From the NCBI GenBank assembly GCA_002269645.1, contig NIVC01000862.1:62001-126000 (forward strand): DNA of 64,000 nucleotides, read 5' to 3'. Positions within the stretch are counted from its first letter, which is position 1; each line of letters starts with the position of its first letter. Below are positions 26,131 through 37,337 of the stretch, piece after piece. This DNA is from Macrostomum lignano. Taxonomy: Eukaryota. Under the pieces are notes generated by a model that had not been told where the DNA came from, searched no databases, and saw only the letters and a list, made by a program, of their open reading frames with translations. A program made the position numbers and the translations under genes.

Positions 26131-27023
26131 TTAAAAACTAAGGAAAGTGTTATTTAAAAAATTAAGAAGCATCATGGTAGAATAAAAGAAGCGTCATGTC
26201 AGACATGAAGGGTGTCATGTAAAAATTAAATGCAGCTATAATGCTGTGCTGGGAAGAAAAACTGAGACGTAAAGGCTCTCAGAGAATAACTGAGATTACG
26301 GGGGATGGCTTCTGAGATGTCAAAGCAAAGTTCAGAAGCTACTTCAAAGTTCATGCACTTTACTCAATTTTTTTATTGCATTCTTTGTTGGCTCGCCACT
26401 GGGGGGGGCGCTGATAGAAAAAGAGTCATGTAAAAAATAAAAGTAGCACTATGTATACATAAAAGAAAAGTCATGTCGAAGTTAAAAGATTCATTTGGCA
26501 ATTGCTACGATGTCAAAGCTAGGTGGAAATCGTTATAGTGCTGTGATTCTTAAAGAAGGAATCACTAAAATGTCAATGCTTAGGGGAGAAGAATTGCTGA
26601 GATTTCAAGGCTTTAGGGTGGGTTAAAGTTAGGTTTAGGTCAGGTGTGGGTATTTTATCGGGTTTCAAGGTTAACAGGGGATTTTTTAGATTTCAAGGTT
26701 TATGGGGGCTATCGCTGACATGTCAAGGCTTACGAGGGGAATAGCTGAGATGTCAAGGCTCACGGGGGTATAAATGAGATTTCAAGGCTAAAGTCAGAAG
26801 CTACATGTAGTTTATTGAAAACTTTTTATTATATTATTTGATGCCTCCTCAGGGGAGGGATCGCTGATAAAAAAAGCGTAATGTAAAAAATAAAATAAGT
26901 TTCATGTCGAAGTTAAGAGATTCATTTGGGAATCCCTACGATGTCGAGGCTTGCAGGGAATCGCTATAATGCTGTAGCAGTGCTATAATGACTCTTAGAG
27001 AGAATTACTGAAATGTCAATGCT

Positions 27024-27091
27024 TTAGGGTTAGGTTAGGGTTAGGGTTAGGGTTAGGGTTAGGGTTAGGGTTAGGCTAGGGTTAGGGTTAG
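27024..27091 (+). repeat. Interstitial (TTAGGG)n tract
   Basis: About 11 units, two imperfect, inside the Helitron 2 sub-terminal region. Confidence 0.9.
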
Positions 27092-28399
27092 AAGGTTGAC
27101 AGATTTTTTAGATTTCCAAGGCTTATTGGGGGCATTGCTGAGATGTCAAGGGGGGGAGTTGATATGTTAAAGCTTGTGGGGGGGAACTACTGACATGTCA
27201 AGGCTTACAAGGTTTGACAGGAGATTTTTTAAGATTTCAAGGATACATGTAGCTTATTAAAAAAACGTGTATTGCATTTCTTTGGCTCCCCAACGGGGGG
27301 CGTAGATTGCTAGTTTATTGCTAATTTCATAAAGTTGGGAATTGAATCTAATGCACGTCCGTTAGTTCAGTTGCTCGATTGAATCAGATTAACTTATCAA
27401 TCAATGTTACGAGCGACAATAATGCAACGGCTTGTTTATACACACCAGTTCTATTAGGAAGTGTTAATTTAATTGTCTTGCAGGTGTTTAAAGTTAAACA
27501 TATTGTAAAATTGCAGACTGTTTCAGTTTAAAAATGACTGCTTAGTTGAAGGCCTGGAAGTCAATAAAAGTTATACATTAGGTAGACTGCTTAAGTAGGC
27601 TCTCTGAGCACGGCTTTGATTTTGAGTTTTGAAGCTTCTTCTGAATCAACAAGTCTAAGAATAGAAACAAGCTAGTTATCACCAAAAAGAAACTGGTTAA
27701 ATAGAAGGCTTCGAAAGTGCAAGTCTGGAGAGCTGGAAACTCGAAAATTCAGATGAAAGGCAAGATTTCAAAGTGAGCAGGACAAAAATTTCTATGGGAC
27801 AAAACGTAGCAATCGTGAATGACATGTCAAAATTTACAAGATATAGAGCTCAGAAAACAATGGCATCGGCTTATTTGATTAACTCTATTGTCCTGTTCAA
27901 CCACGGCACTCATGACAGCGTTCGGAAACAATCGACTACTTTTTTCAAAGCCTTCTTGGCCATTTATTTGCAAATCTGGATTTATAATTCGAATTTTATT
28001 AGCTACAGAAAGAAAGCTTGTTTGGGAATGCAAAGTCTGCTCAGAGGTTTACAGCAAAGTGGAACCTGCGCATCTGTTGCTAAAAAATAGAAACAGTCTC
28101 TTGAAACGGCAGTAATAAAAACAGTTGCCACCTTGATGCTAAAAATAGAAACAGTCTCCGTAAGCATATGAAAGAAGTGCTTACATCGCAGTGGAAAAAC
28201 GACAGTCTCCTCTCGTCTCAACCGTGGCTATCCGGCCAGACCAGCTCTACACTAAAGTACAGATAACAAAGCTGAGGTTTGGGGGCCAAAGCCAGCAGCC
28301 TGCGAGCGCGTGACTCGCAGCAAATGCTTTAGAGGGTGATATGGTTGCTTAAAATTGGCACAGAGAGGGACTGCTTGAGCGATTACCTTGCCAAGCTCA

Positions 28400-29105
28400 A
28401 ACTATGCATTGCTCTGCATTTTTTCAGCCAACCTGCTTGCTATAAAATACACTGCTTTAAATACGCTCGTGATTTGCGGTACAGAGAATTCTGAGATGCG
28501 AGCCTCACACTCGGTAATAAGGACTGTTATAGTCTCATAGGGAATATTGCTATGGTTTCAAGGCTCGTGGGAGAATTGCTGAGATATCAAGGCTTACTCT
28601 GAGTTTCTCAGATGTAAAATTGGGGAGGTGCTGAGATTTTAAGGTCCATTGGGGAAATTTCTGTGATGTGATGAGTGAATTGCGTAGATGTCAAAGCTCA
28701 CGGGAGATCCCTAAAATGCTCATGGGGAAATTGTTGAGTGCTGAGACCTCAGAATTCTGTGGCTAACACTCATGGGGGAATTGTTGAAGCACCCAGATGC
28801 TGAGATGCATGCCAGGGTTCAATTTGAAGTTGTTGGTGGGCCAAGAAAAGGGAATATCAAAGAGAATTAGGGTTAGGTCATGGCTTAAAAGAAGTCTTGA
28901 TGCCAAAGCTCACAGGGGACGCTGCTTTAGGCCAGATAGCTTGCTTTTGGAGCTGTTGCTTTTTGCTTTTAGCATCATTTTCCTTAGGATTCTGACCATG
29001 GCAACTATGCAAGGTCAAAACTACATGCAGTTTATTAAAAAAATATTGTAACACTTTATTCCTTTTTTGTTGCCTTTGCATAACGGGATCGGCGCAGATT
29101 TCTAG
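28400..29105 (+). mobile_element. Older Helitron 3' fragment
   Basis: Shares GCTGAGAT(G/A)TCAAGGCT sub-repeats with 26230-27313 and ends GGCGCAGATTTCTAG|T. Hairpin degenerate; 5' boundary approximate. Confidence 0.55.
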
Positions 29106-29350
29106 TTTGTTGCTTGAAATAGAAACAGTCTCTTGAATCGGCTACAATAGAAACAAACCACCTTGATGCTAAAAATAAAAAAATGGAATTGCCGCGGATT
29201 TTCTCAGACAAAGTTCCCTTAAAATTTCTTTATTTAAACCCCCGAATGCCGCTTCAGAAAGTCACAGAATGAAAGCCTTTTCTGTTGTATCAGACTTTCA
29301 TTGAGAATATATTTTTTCTTTGAAACTTGCAGCTTCTATTTTAAAGCAAC

Positions 29351-29435
29351 ATGAAACCAAACATTGCTTCAGTCGCTGGAGACTTCGGCTGGCAACTACT
29401 GTGTCTGTTTCTGCTTGTCGATGCGGGAAGCTGCG
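29351..29435 (+). CDS. Candidate first coding exon (signal peptide) of copy C
   Basis: AGCAAC-ATG; MKPNIASVAGDFGWQLLCLFLLVDAGSC, then G|GTGAG donor (phase 1). Upstream acceptor-like TTTTTTCTTTGAAACTTGCAG at 29332. Conserved at 53695. Confidence 0.55.
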
Positions 29436-29522
29436 GTGAGCTGACATTATACTTCTTGATACGAAGTACTCTGGCCGCTTCATTGAGTTGTTTTAGCCAC
29501 CCGTTGGTTTTATTGACAAGCA

Positions 29523-31794
29523 CTAGAAATCTAGTGTCCCTCTTTTGGGCGCCTAAAAAGAAAAGAGCAAAACAGTATTCATGCGAACCCATTAAAAAGC
29601 ACATTTTCTTAAAAACCAATTCCTTCTTCAGTTTAATAAATCACCTCATTCGAGTCAAATTGTCACGGACAAAGATGTTTGCTAAGAATTTCTTTTTTCC
29701 CAAAGTAGCAAAAATACAAGAAAATAAGGCCTTCACAAGGATAACAGGCATGGCCCCAAAATAGAAAACATCCCCAAGACAACAAGCATCCCCAGATAGA
29801 AAGCATCCCCAGATAGAAAGCATCCCCCAGATAGAAATCATTCCCAGATAGAAAGCATCCCCAGATAGCAAGCAAGCAACACCAGATAGCAATATAGCAT
29901 GGCATAGACAGCATACCAACAAGCAAGGAGCAAAATGATTCATGCAAATCCGTTAGAAAGCATATTTTCTAAGAACCAATTCTTCTTCAGTTCTATAAAC
30001 CACCTTATTTGAGTAAAATACTTTTCTCATCTAGTGCAATGATCCTTTTCTCATCTAGTACAATAATCCTTTTCTCTACCTCTTCTAGTGCAATAATCCT
30101 TTTCTCATCTAGTACAATAATCCTTTTCTCATCTGATGCAATGATCCTTATCTCATCTAGTACAATAATCCTTTTCTCTACCTCTTCTAGTGCAATAATC
30201 CTTTTCTCATCTAGTACAATAATCCTTTTCTCATCTAGTGCAATAATCCTTTTCTCATCTAGTGCAATAATCCTTTTCTCATCTAGTGCAATAATCCTTT
30301 TCTCATCTGATGCAATAATCCTTTTCTCATCTAGTACAATAATCCTTTTCTCTACCTCTTCTAGTGCAATAATCCTTTTTCTCTACCTCTTCTAGTGCAA
30401 TAATCCTTTTCTCTACCTCTTCTAGTGCAATAATCCTTTTCTCTACCTCTTCTAGTGCAATAATCCTTTTCTCTACCTCTTCTAGTGCAATAATCCTTTT
30501 CTCTACCTCTTCTAGTGCAATAATCCTTTTCTCATCTAGTGCAATAATCCTTTTCTCTACCTCTTCTAGTGCAATAATCCTTTTCTCATCTAGTGCAATA
30601 ATCCTTTTCTCATCTGATGCAATGATCCTTATCTCATCTAGTACAATAATCCTTTTCTCTACCTCTTCTAGTGCAATAATCCTTTTCTCATCTAGTACAA
30701 TAATCCTTTTCTCATCTAGTGCAATAATCCTTTTCTCATCTAGTGCAATAATCCTTTTCTCATCTAGTGCAATAATCCTTTTCTCATCTAGTGCAATAAT
30801 CCTTTTCTCATCTAGTGCAATAATCCTTTTCTCATCTAGTGCAATAATCCTTTTCTCATCTAGTGCAATAATCCTTTTCTCATCTAGTGCAATAATCCTT
30901 TTCTCATCTAGTGCAATAATCCTTTTCTCATCTGATGCAATAATCCTTTTCTCATCTAGTACAATAATCCTTTTCTCTACCTCTTCTAGTGCAATAATCC
31001 TTTTCTCATCTAGTTCAATAATCCTTTTCTCTACCTCTTCTAGTGCAATAATCCTTTTCTCATCTAGTACAATAATCCTTTTCTCTACCTCTTCTAGTGC
31101 AATAATCCTTTTTCTCTACCTCTTCTAGTGCAATAATCCTTTTCTCTACCTCTTCTAGTGCAATAATCCTTTTCTCTACCTCTTCTAGTGCAATAATCCT
31201 TTTCTCTACCTCTTCTAGTGCAATAATCCTTTTCTCTACCTCTTCTAGTGCAATAATCCTTTTCTCATCTAGTTCAATAATCATTTTCTCTACCTCTTCT
31301 AGTGCAATAATCCTTTTCTCATCTAGTGCAATAATCCTTTTCTCATCTAGTGCAATAATCCTTTTCTCATCTAGTGCAATAATCCTTTTCTCATCTAGTG
31401 CAATAATCCTTTTCTCATCTAGTGCAATAATCCTTTTCTCATCTAGCACAATAATCCTTTTCTCTACCTCTTCTAGTGCAATAATCCTTGTATTTAATAA
31501 ATCCTTTAATAAAAGATTTCAAAACAAATATACATATATATTTTATACTACCAAGCTTCGAAACCAGGTCGCTGCATTAGCATTTCAGTCTGTTCACATC
31601 TAGGCTAGCTCTCATCGAATTGTACAATGAGTTGTAGCACTTATAATTCAACACTCACACCAAGTCAGTTAGATTAAAAGTCACACGAAGCAGTTATACC
31701 TCGTAAAACAATTAATTTCTGAGGCAAGTCAGTATCGGTCTTGATTGAAGTTAGCAATATGGTTATGCAATATAAAACAAGTCTTGTGTTATGA
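29523..31794 (-). mobile_element. Non-autonomous Helitron 3 (minus strand)
   Basis: Minus strand ends GGGACACTAGATTTCTAG|T at 29523. Carries the 18-bp module (29640-29930). 31500-31792 is the reverse complement homolog of 16910-17150. 5' end uncertain. Confidence 0.7.
30020..31490. repeat. 24/33-bp minisatellite (TGCAATAATCCTTTTCTC[TACCTCTTC/ATC]TAG)n inside Helitron 3
   Basis: Two interspersed unit lengths. Sits at the position occupied by the 23-bp arrays in Helitrons 1 and 2. Confidence 0.93.
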
Positions 31795-31809
31795 TTTGTA
31801 CTGTGCTAG

Positions 31810-31915
31810 CACTACTCCCCTACATTAGCCCCACTCCCCTACATTAGCCCCACTCCCCTATATTAGCCCCACTCCCGTATATTAGCCCCACTCCCCTATA
31901 TTAGCCCCACTCTCT
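31810..31915. repeat. 19-bp repeat (CACTCCCCTATATTAGCCC)n preceding the 21-bp array
   Basis: 19-nt period (31825/31844/31863/31882/31901); paralog at ~56070-56170. Confidence 0.9.
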
Positions 31916-31996
31916 CACATTAGTTTAACTTCCCCGATATTAGCACTCCGCCCAGATTAACACTACCCCCCATATTAGCTCCTCTCTCCATATTAG

Positions 31997-34900
31997 CCCC
32001 ACATCCCCCAGATTTGCTTCACTCCCTCCCAGATAAGCATCACTCCCACCCAGATAAGCACTACTCCCATCCAGCTAAGCACTACTCCCACCCAGATAAG
32101 CAACACTTCCACCCTGATAAGCACTACTCCCACCCAGATAAGCAACACTTCCACCCTGATAAGCACTACTCCCACCCAGATAAGCAACACTTCCACCCAG
32201 ATAAGCACTACTCCCATCCAGATAAGCAACACTTCCACCCAGATAAGCACTAGTCCCACCCAGATAAGCATCACTCCCACCCAGATAAGCATCACTCCCA
32301 CCCAGATAAGCATCACTCCCACCCAGATAAGCACCACTCCCACCCAGATAAGCATCACCTCCACCCAGATAAGCAACACTCCCACCCAAATAAGCATCAC
32401 TCCCACCCAGATAAGCAACACTCCCACCCAGATAAGCATAACTCCCACCCAGATAAGCATCACTCCCACCCAGATAAGCAACACTCCCACCCAGATAAGC
32501 AACACCTCCACCCTGATAAGCACTACTCCAACCCAGATAAGCATCACCTCCACCCAGATAAGCATCTGCACTCCCACCCAGATAAGCATCACTCCCACCC
32601 AGATAAGCATCACTTCCACCCAGATAAGCACTAGTCCCACCCAGATAAGCATCACTCCCACCCAGATAAGCAACACTCCCACCCAAATAAGCATCACTCC
32701 CACCCAGATAAGCAACACTCCCACCCAGATAAGCATCACTCCCACCCAGATAAGCATCACTCCCACCCAGATAAGCAACACTCCCACCCAGATAAGCAAC
32801 ACCTCCACCCTGATAAGCACTACTCCCACCCAGATAAGCATCACCTCCACCCAGATAAGCATCACCTCCACCCAGATAAGCATCTGCACTCCCACCCAGA
32901 TAAGCATCACTCCCACCCAGATAAGCATCACTCCCACCCAGATAAGCAACACTTCCACCCTGATAAGCACTACTCCCACCCAGATAAGCAACACTTCCAC
33001 CCTGATAAGCACTACTCCCACCCAGATAAGCATCACTCCCACCCAGATAAGCACCACTCCCACCCAGATAAGCATCACTCCCACCCAGATAAGCACTACT
33101 CTCATCCAGATAAGCATCACTCCCACCCAGATAAGCACTAGTCCCACCCAGATAAGCATCACTCCCACCCAGATAAGCATCACTCCCACCCAGATAAGCA
33201 TCACTCCCACCCAGATAAGCACCACTCCCACCCAGATAAGCATCACTCCCACCCAGATAAGCAACACTCCCACCCAAATAAGCATCACTCCCACCCAGAT
33301 AAGCAACACTCCCACCCAGATAAGCATCACTCCCACCCAGATAAGCAACACTCCCACCCAGATAAGCAACACCTCCACCCTGATAAGCACTACTCCCACC
33401 CAGATAAGCATCACCTCCACCCAGATAAGCATCTGCACTCCCACCCAGATAAGCATCACTCCCACCCAGATAAGCATCACTCCCACCCAGATAAGCATCT
33501 GCACTCCCACCCTGATAAGCACTACTCCCACCCAGATAAGCATCACTCCCACCCAGATAAGCACCACTCCCACCCAGATAAGCATCACTCCCACCCAGAT
33601 AAGCAACACTCCCACCCAAATAAGCATCACTCCCACCCAGATAAGCAACACTCCCACCCAGATAAGCATCACTCCCACCCAGATAAGCATCACTCCCACC
33701 CAGATAAGCAACACTTCCACCCAGATAAGCACTACTCCCACCCAGATAGGCAACACTTCCACCCAGATAAGCACTACTCCCATCCAGATAAGCAACACTT
33801 CCACCCAGATAAGCACTAGTCCCACCCAGATAAGCATCACTCCCACCCAGATAAGCATCACTCCCACCCAGATAAGCATCACTCCCACCCAGATAAGCAA
33901 CACTCCCACCCAGATAAGCAACACCTCCACCCTGATAAGCAACACTCCCACCCAAATAAGCATCACTCCCACCCAGATAAGCAACACTCCCACCCAGATA
34001 AGCATCACTCCCACCCAGATAAGCATCACTCCCACCCAGATAAGCAACACTCCCACCCAGATAAGCAACACCTCCACCCTGATAAGCACTACTCCCACCC
34101 AGATAAGCATCACCTCCACCCAGATAAGCATCTGCACTCCCACCCAGATAAGCATCACTCCCACCCAGATAAGCATCACTCACACCCAGATAAGCAACAC
34201 TTCCACCCTGATAAGCACTACTCCCACCCAGATAAGCAACACTTCCACCCTGATAAGCACTACTCCCACCCAGATAAGCAACACTTCCACCCAGATAAGC
34301 ACTACTCCCATCCAGATAAGCAACACTTCCACCCAGATAAGCACTACTCCCATCCAGATAAGCATCACTCCCACCCAGATAAGCAACACTCCCACCCAAA
34401 TAAGCATCACTCCCACTCAGATAAGCAACACTCCCACCCAGATAAGCATCACTCCCACCCAGATAAGCATCACTCCCACCCAGATAAGCAACACCTCCAC
34501 CCTGATAAGCACTACTCCCACCCAGATAAGCATCACCTCCACCCAGATAAGCATCTGCACTCCCACCCAGATAAGCATCACTCCCACCCAGATAAGCAAC
34601 ACCTCCACCCTGATAAGCACTACTCCCACCCAGATAAGCAACACTCCCACCCAGATAAGCAACACTCCCACCCAAATAAGCATCACTCCCACCCAGATAA
34701 GCAACACTCCCACCCAGATAAGCATAACTCCCACCCAGATAAGCATCACTCCCACCCAGATAAGCAACACTCCCACCCAGATAAGCAACACCTCCACCCT
34801 GATAAGCACTACTCCCACCCAGATAAGCATCACCTCCACCCAGATAAGCATCTGCACTCCCACCCAGATAAGCATCACTCCCACCCAGATAAGCATCACT

Positions 34901-37132
34901 TCCACCCAGATAAGCACTAGTCCCACCCAGATAAGCATCACTCCCACCCAGATAAGCAACACTCCCACCCAAATAAGCATCACTCCCACCCAGATAAGCA
35001 ACACTCCCACCCAGATAAGCATCACTCCCACCCAGATAAGCATCACTCCCACCCAGATAAGCAACACTCCCACCCAGATAAGCAACACCTCCACCCTGAT
35101 AAGCACTACTCCCACCCAGATAAGCAACACCTCCACCCAGATAAGCATCACCTCCACCCAGATAAGCATCTGCACTCCCACCCAGATAAGCATCACTCCC
35201 ACCCAGATAAGCATCACTCCCACCCAGATAAGCAACACTTCCACCCTGATAAGCACTACTCCCACCCAGATAAGCAACACTTCCACCCTGATAAGCACTA
35301 CTCCCACCCAGATAAGCAACACTTCCACCCAGATAAGCACTACTCCCACCCAGATAAGCAACACTTCCACCCAGATAAGCACTACTCTCATCCAGATAAG
35401 CAACACTTCCACCCAGATAAGCACTAGTCCCACCCAGATAAGCATCACTCCCACCCAGATAAGCATCACTCCCACCCAGATAAGCATCACTCCCACCCAG
35501 ATAAGCACCACTCCCACCCAGATAAGCATCACTCCCACCCAGATAAGCAACACTCCCACCCAAATAAGCATCACTCCCACCCAGATAAGCAACACTCCCA
35601 CCCAGATAAGCATCACTCCCACCCAGATAAGCAACACTCCCACCCAGATAAGCAACACCTCCACCCTGATAAGCACTACTCCCACCCAGATAAGCATCAC
35701 CTCCACCCAGATAAGCATCTGCACTCCCACCCAGATAAGCATCACTCCCACCCAGATAAGCATCACTCCCACCCAGATAAGCATCTGCACTCCCACCCAG
35801 ATAAGCACTACTCCCACCCAGATAAGCATCACTCCCACCCAGATAAGCACCACTCCCACCCAGATAAGCATCACTCCCACCCAGATAAGCAACACTCCCA
35901 CCCAAATAAGCATCACTCCCACCCAGATAAGCAACACTCCCACCCAGATAAGCATCACTCCCACCCAGATAAGCATCACTCCCACCCAGATAAGCAACAC
36001 TTCCACCCAGATAAGCACTACTCCCACCCAGATAGGCAACACTTCCACCCAGATAAGCACTACTCTCATCCAGATAAGCAACACTTCCACCCAGATAAGC
36101 ACTAGTCCCACCCAGATAAGCATCACTCCCACCCAGATAAGCATCACTCCCACCCAGATAAGCATCACTCCCACCCAGATAAGCAACACTCCCACCCAGA
36201 TAAGCAACACCTCCACCCTGATAAGCAACACTCCCACCCAAATAAGCATCACTCCCACCCAGATAAGCAACACTCCCACCCAGATAAGCATCACTCCCAC
36301 CCAGATAAGCATCACTCCCACCCAGATAAGCAACACTCCCACCCAGATAAGCAACACCTCCACCCTGATAAGCACTACTCCCACCCAGATAAGCATCACC
36401 TCCACCCAGATAAGCATCTGCACTCCCACCCAGATAAGCATCACTCCCACCCAGATAAGCATCACTCACACCCAGATAAGCAACACTTCCACCCTGATAA
36501 GCACTACTCCCACCCAGATAAGCAACACTTCCACCCTGATAAGCACTACTCCCACCCAGATAAGCAACACTTCCACCCTGATAAGCACTACTCCCACCCA
36601 GATAAGCAACACTTCCACCCAGATAAGCACTACTCCCATCCAGATAAGCAACACTTCCACCCAGATAAGCACTAGTCCCACCCAGATAAGCATCACTCCC
36701 ACCCAGATAAGCAACACTCCCACCCAAATAAGCATCACTCCCACTCAGATAAGCAACACTCCCACCCAGATAAGCATCACTCCCACCCAGATAAGCATCA
36801 CTCCCACCCAGATAAGCAACACCTCCACCCTGATAAGCACTACTCCCACCCAGATAAGCATCACCTCCACCCAGATAAGCATCTGCACTCCCACCCAGAT
36901 AAGCATCACTCCCACCCAGATAAGCAACACCTCCACCCTGACAAGCACTACTCCCACCCAGATAAGCAACACTCCCACCCAGATAAGCACTACTCCCACC
37001 CAGATAAGCATCACTTCCACCCAGATAAGCACTACTTCCACCCAGATAAGCAACACCTCCACCCTGATAAGCACTACTCCCACCCAGATAAGCAACACTT
37101 CCACCCAGATAAGCATCTGCACTGCCAAACTG
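31997..37132 (+). repeat. 21/24-bp frame-preserving array (CCCACCCAGATAAGCATCACT)n; candidate giant repeat exon of copy C
   Basis: All units are 21 or 24 nt, with no frameshift over 5.1 kb (the in-register antisense ORF spans it). Preceded by pyrimidine tract + TAG acceptor at 31996. The repeat is certain; exon status is inference. Confidence 0.9.
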
Positions 37133-37337
37133 GCATAAACGCGAAAACGCGATTAAAAATGGTTGAGGCATTCAACCTGTAAAGCAAAATTTCATAGACA
37201 GACAAACTTTAAATAGAGATTTCTAAGTATATTTGTGATAGTAATGAAAATTCGAGCAATTTGACGAGGAACTCATTGTGTTAAAAAACACATAAAGCAT
37301 GGCCATAATAACGCATCTCAGTCAATGTCGCTTGCAG

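Larger units (their letters stand above)
22303..27313 (+). mobile_element. Non-autonomous Helitron 2, joined head-to-tail to Helitron 1
   Basis: Starts TCCAATATACTAAAAATG directly after the CTAG of Helitron 1. First ~600 bp is homologous to 16603-17190. Ends CTCCCC-AAC-GGGGGG-CGTAGATTGCTAG followed by host T. Confidence 0.85.
6650..37130 (+). repeat. Segmental (tandem) duplication unit, paralogous to ~39800-64000+
   Basis: Colinear order of gene 3' part, minisatellites, RTE, spacer, signal exon, Helitron 3 and 21-bp array. The copies differ by large TE insertions. Confidence 0.9.

Noticed and set aside
27773-29051. Short ORFs conserved between the duplicated blocks
   Set aside because: Conservation reflects recent duplication. 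They show no domain motifs or splice signals, and part of the region is Helitron-derived.
30009-31449. (SAIILFSS)n plus ORFs and coiled-coil-looking (LEEVEKRIIA)n minus ORFs
   Set aside because: The array has frameshifting units at the same places in both paralogs and occupies the internal repeat position of Helitron 3.
32075-37171. 1698-aa minus-strand Gly-rich ORF (GGSDAYL)n resembling a structural or silk-like protein
   Set aside because: It is the exact in-register antisense of the plus-strand repeat frame. It has no signal peptide or gene context on that strand, and all neighbouring exons are on plus.
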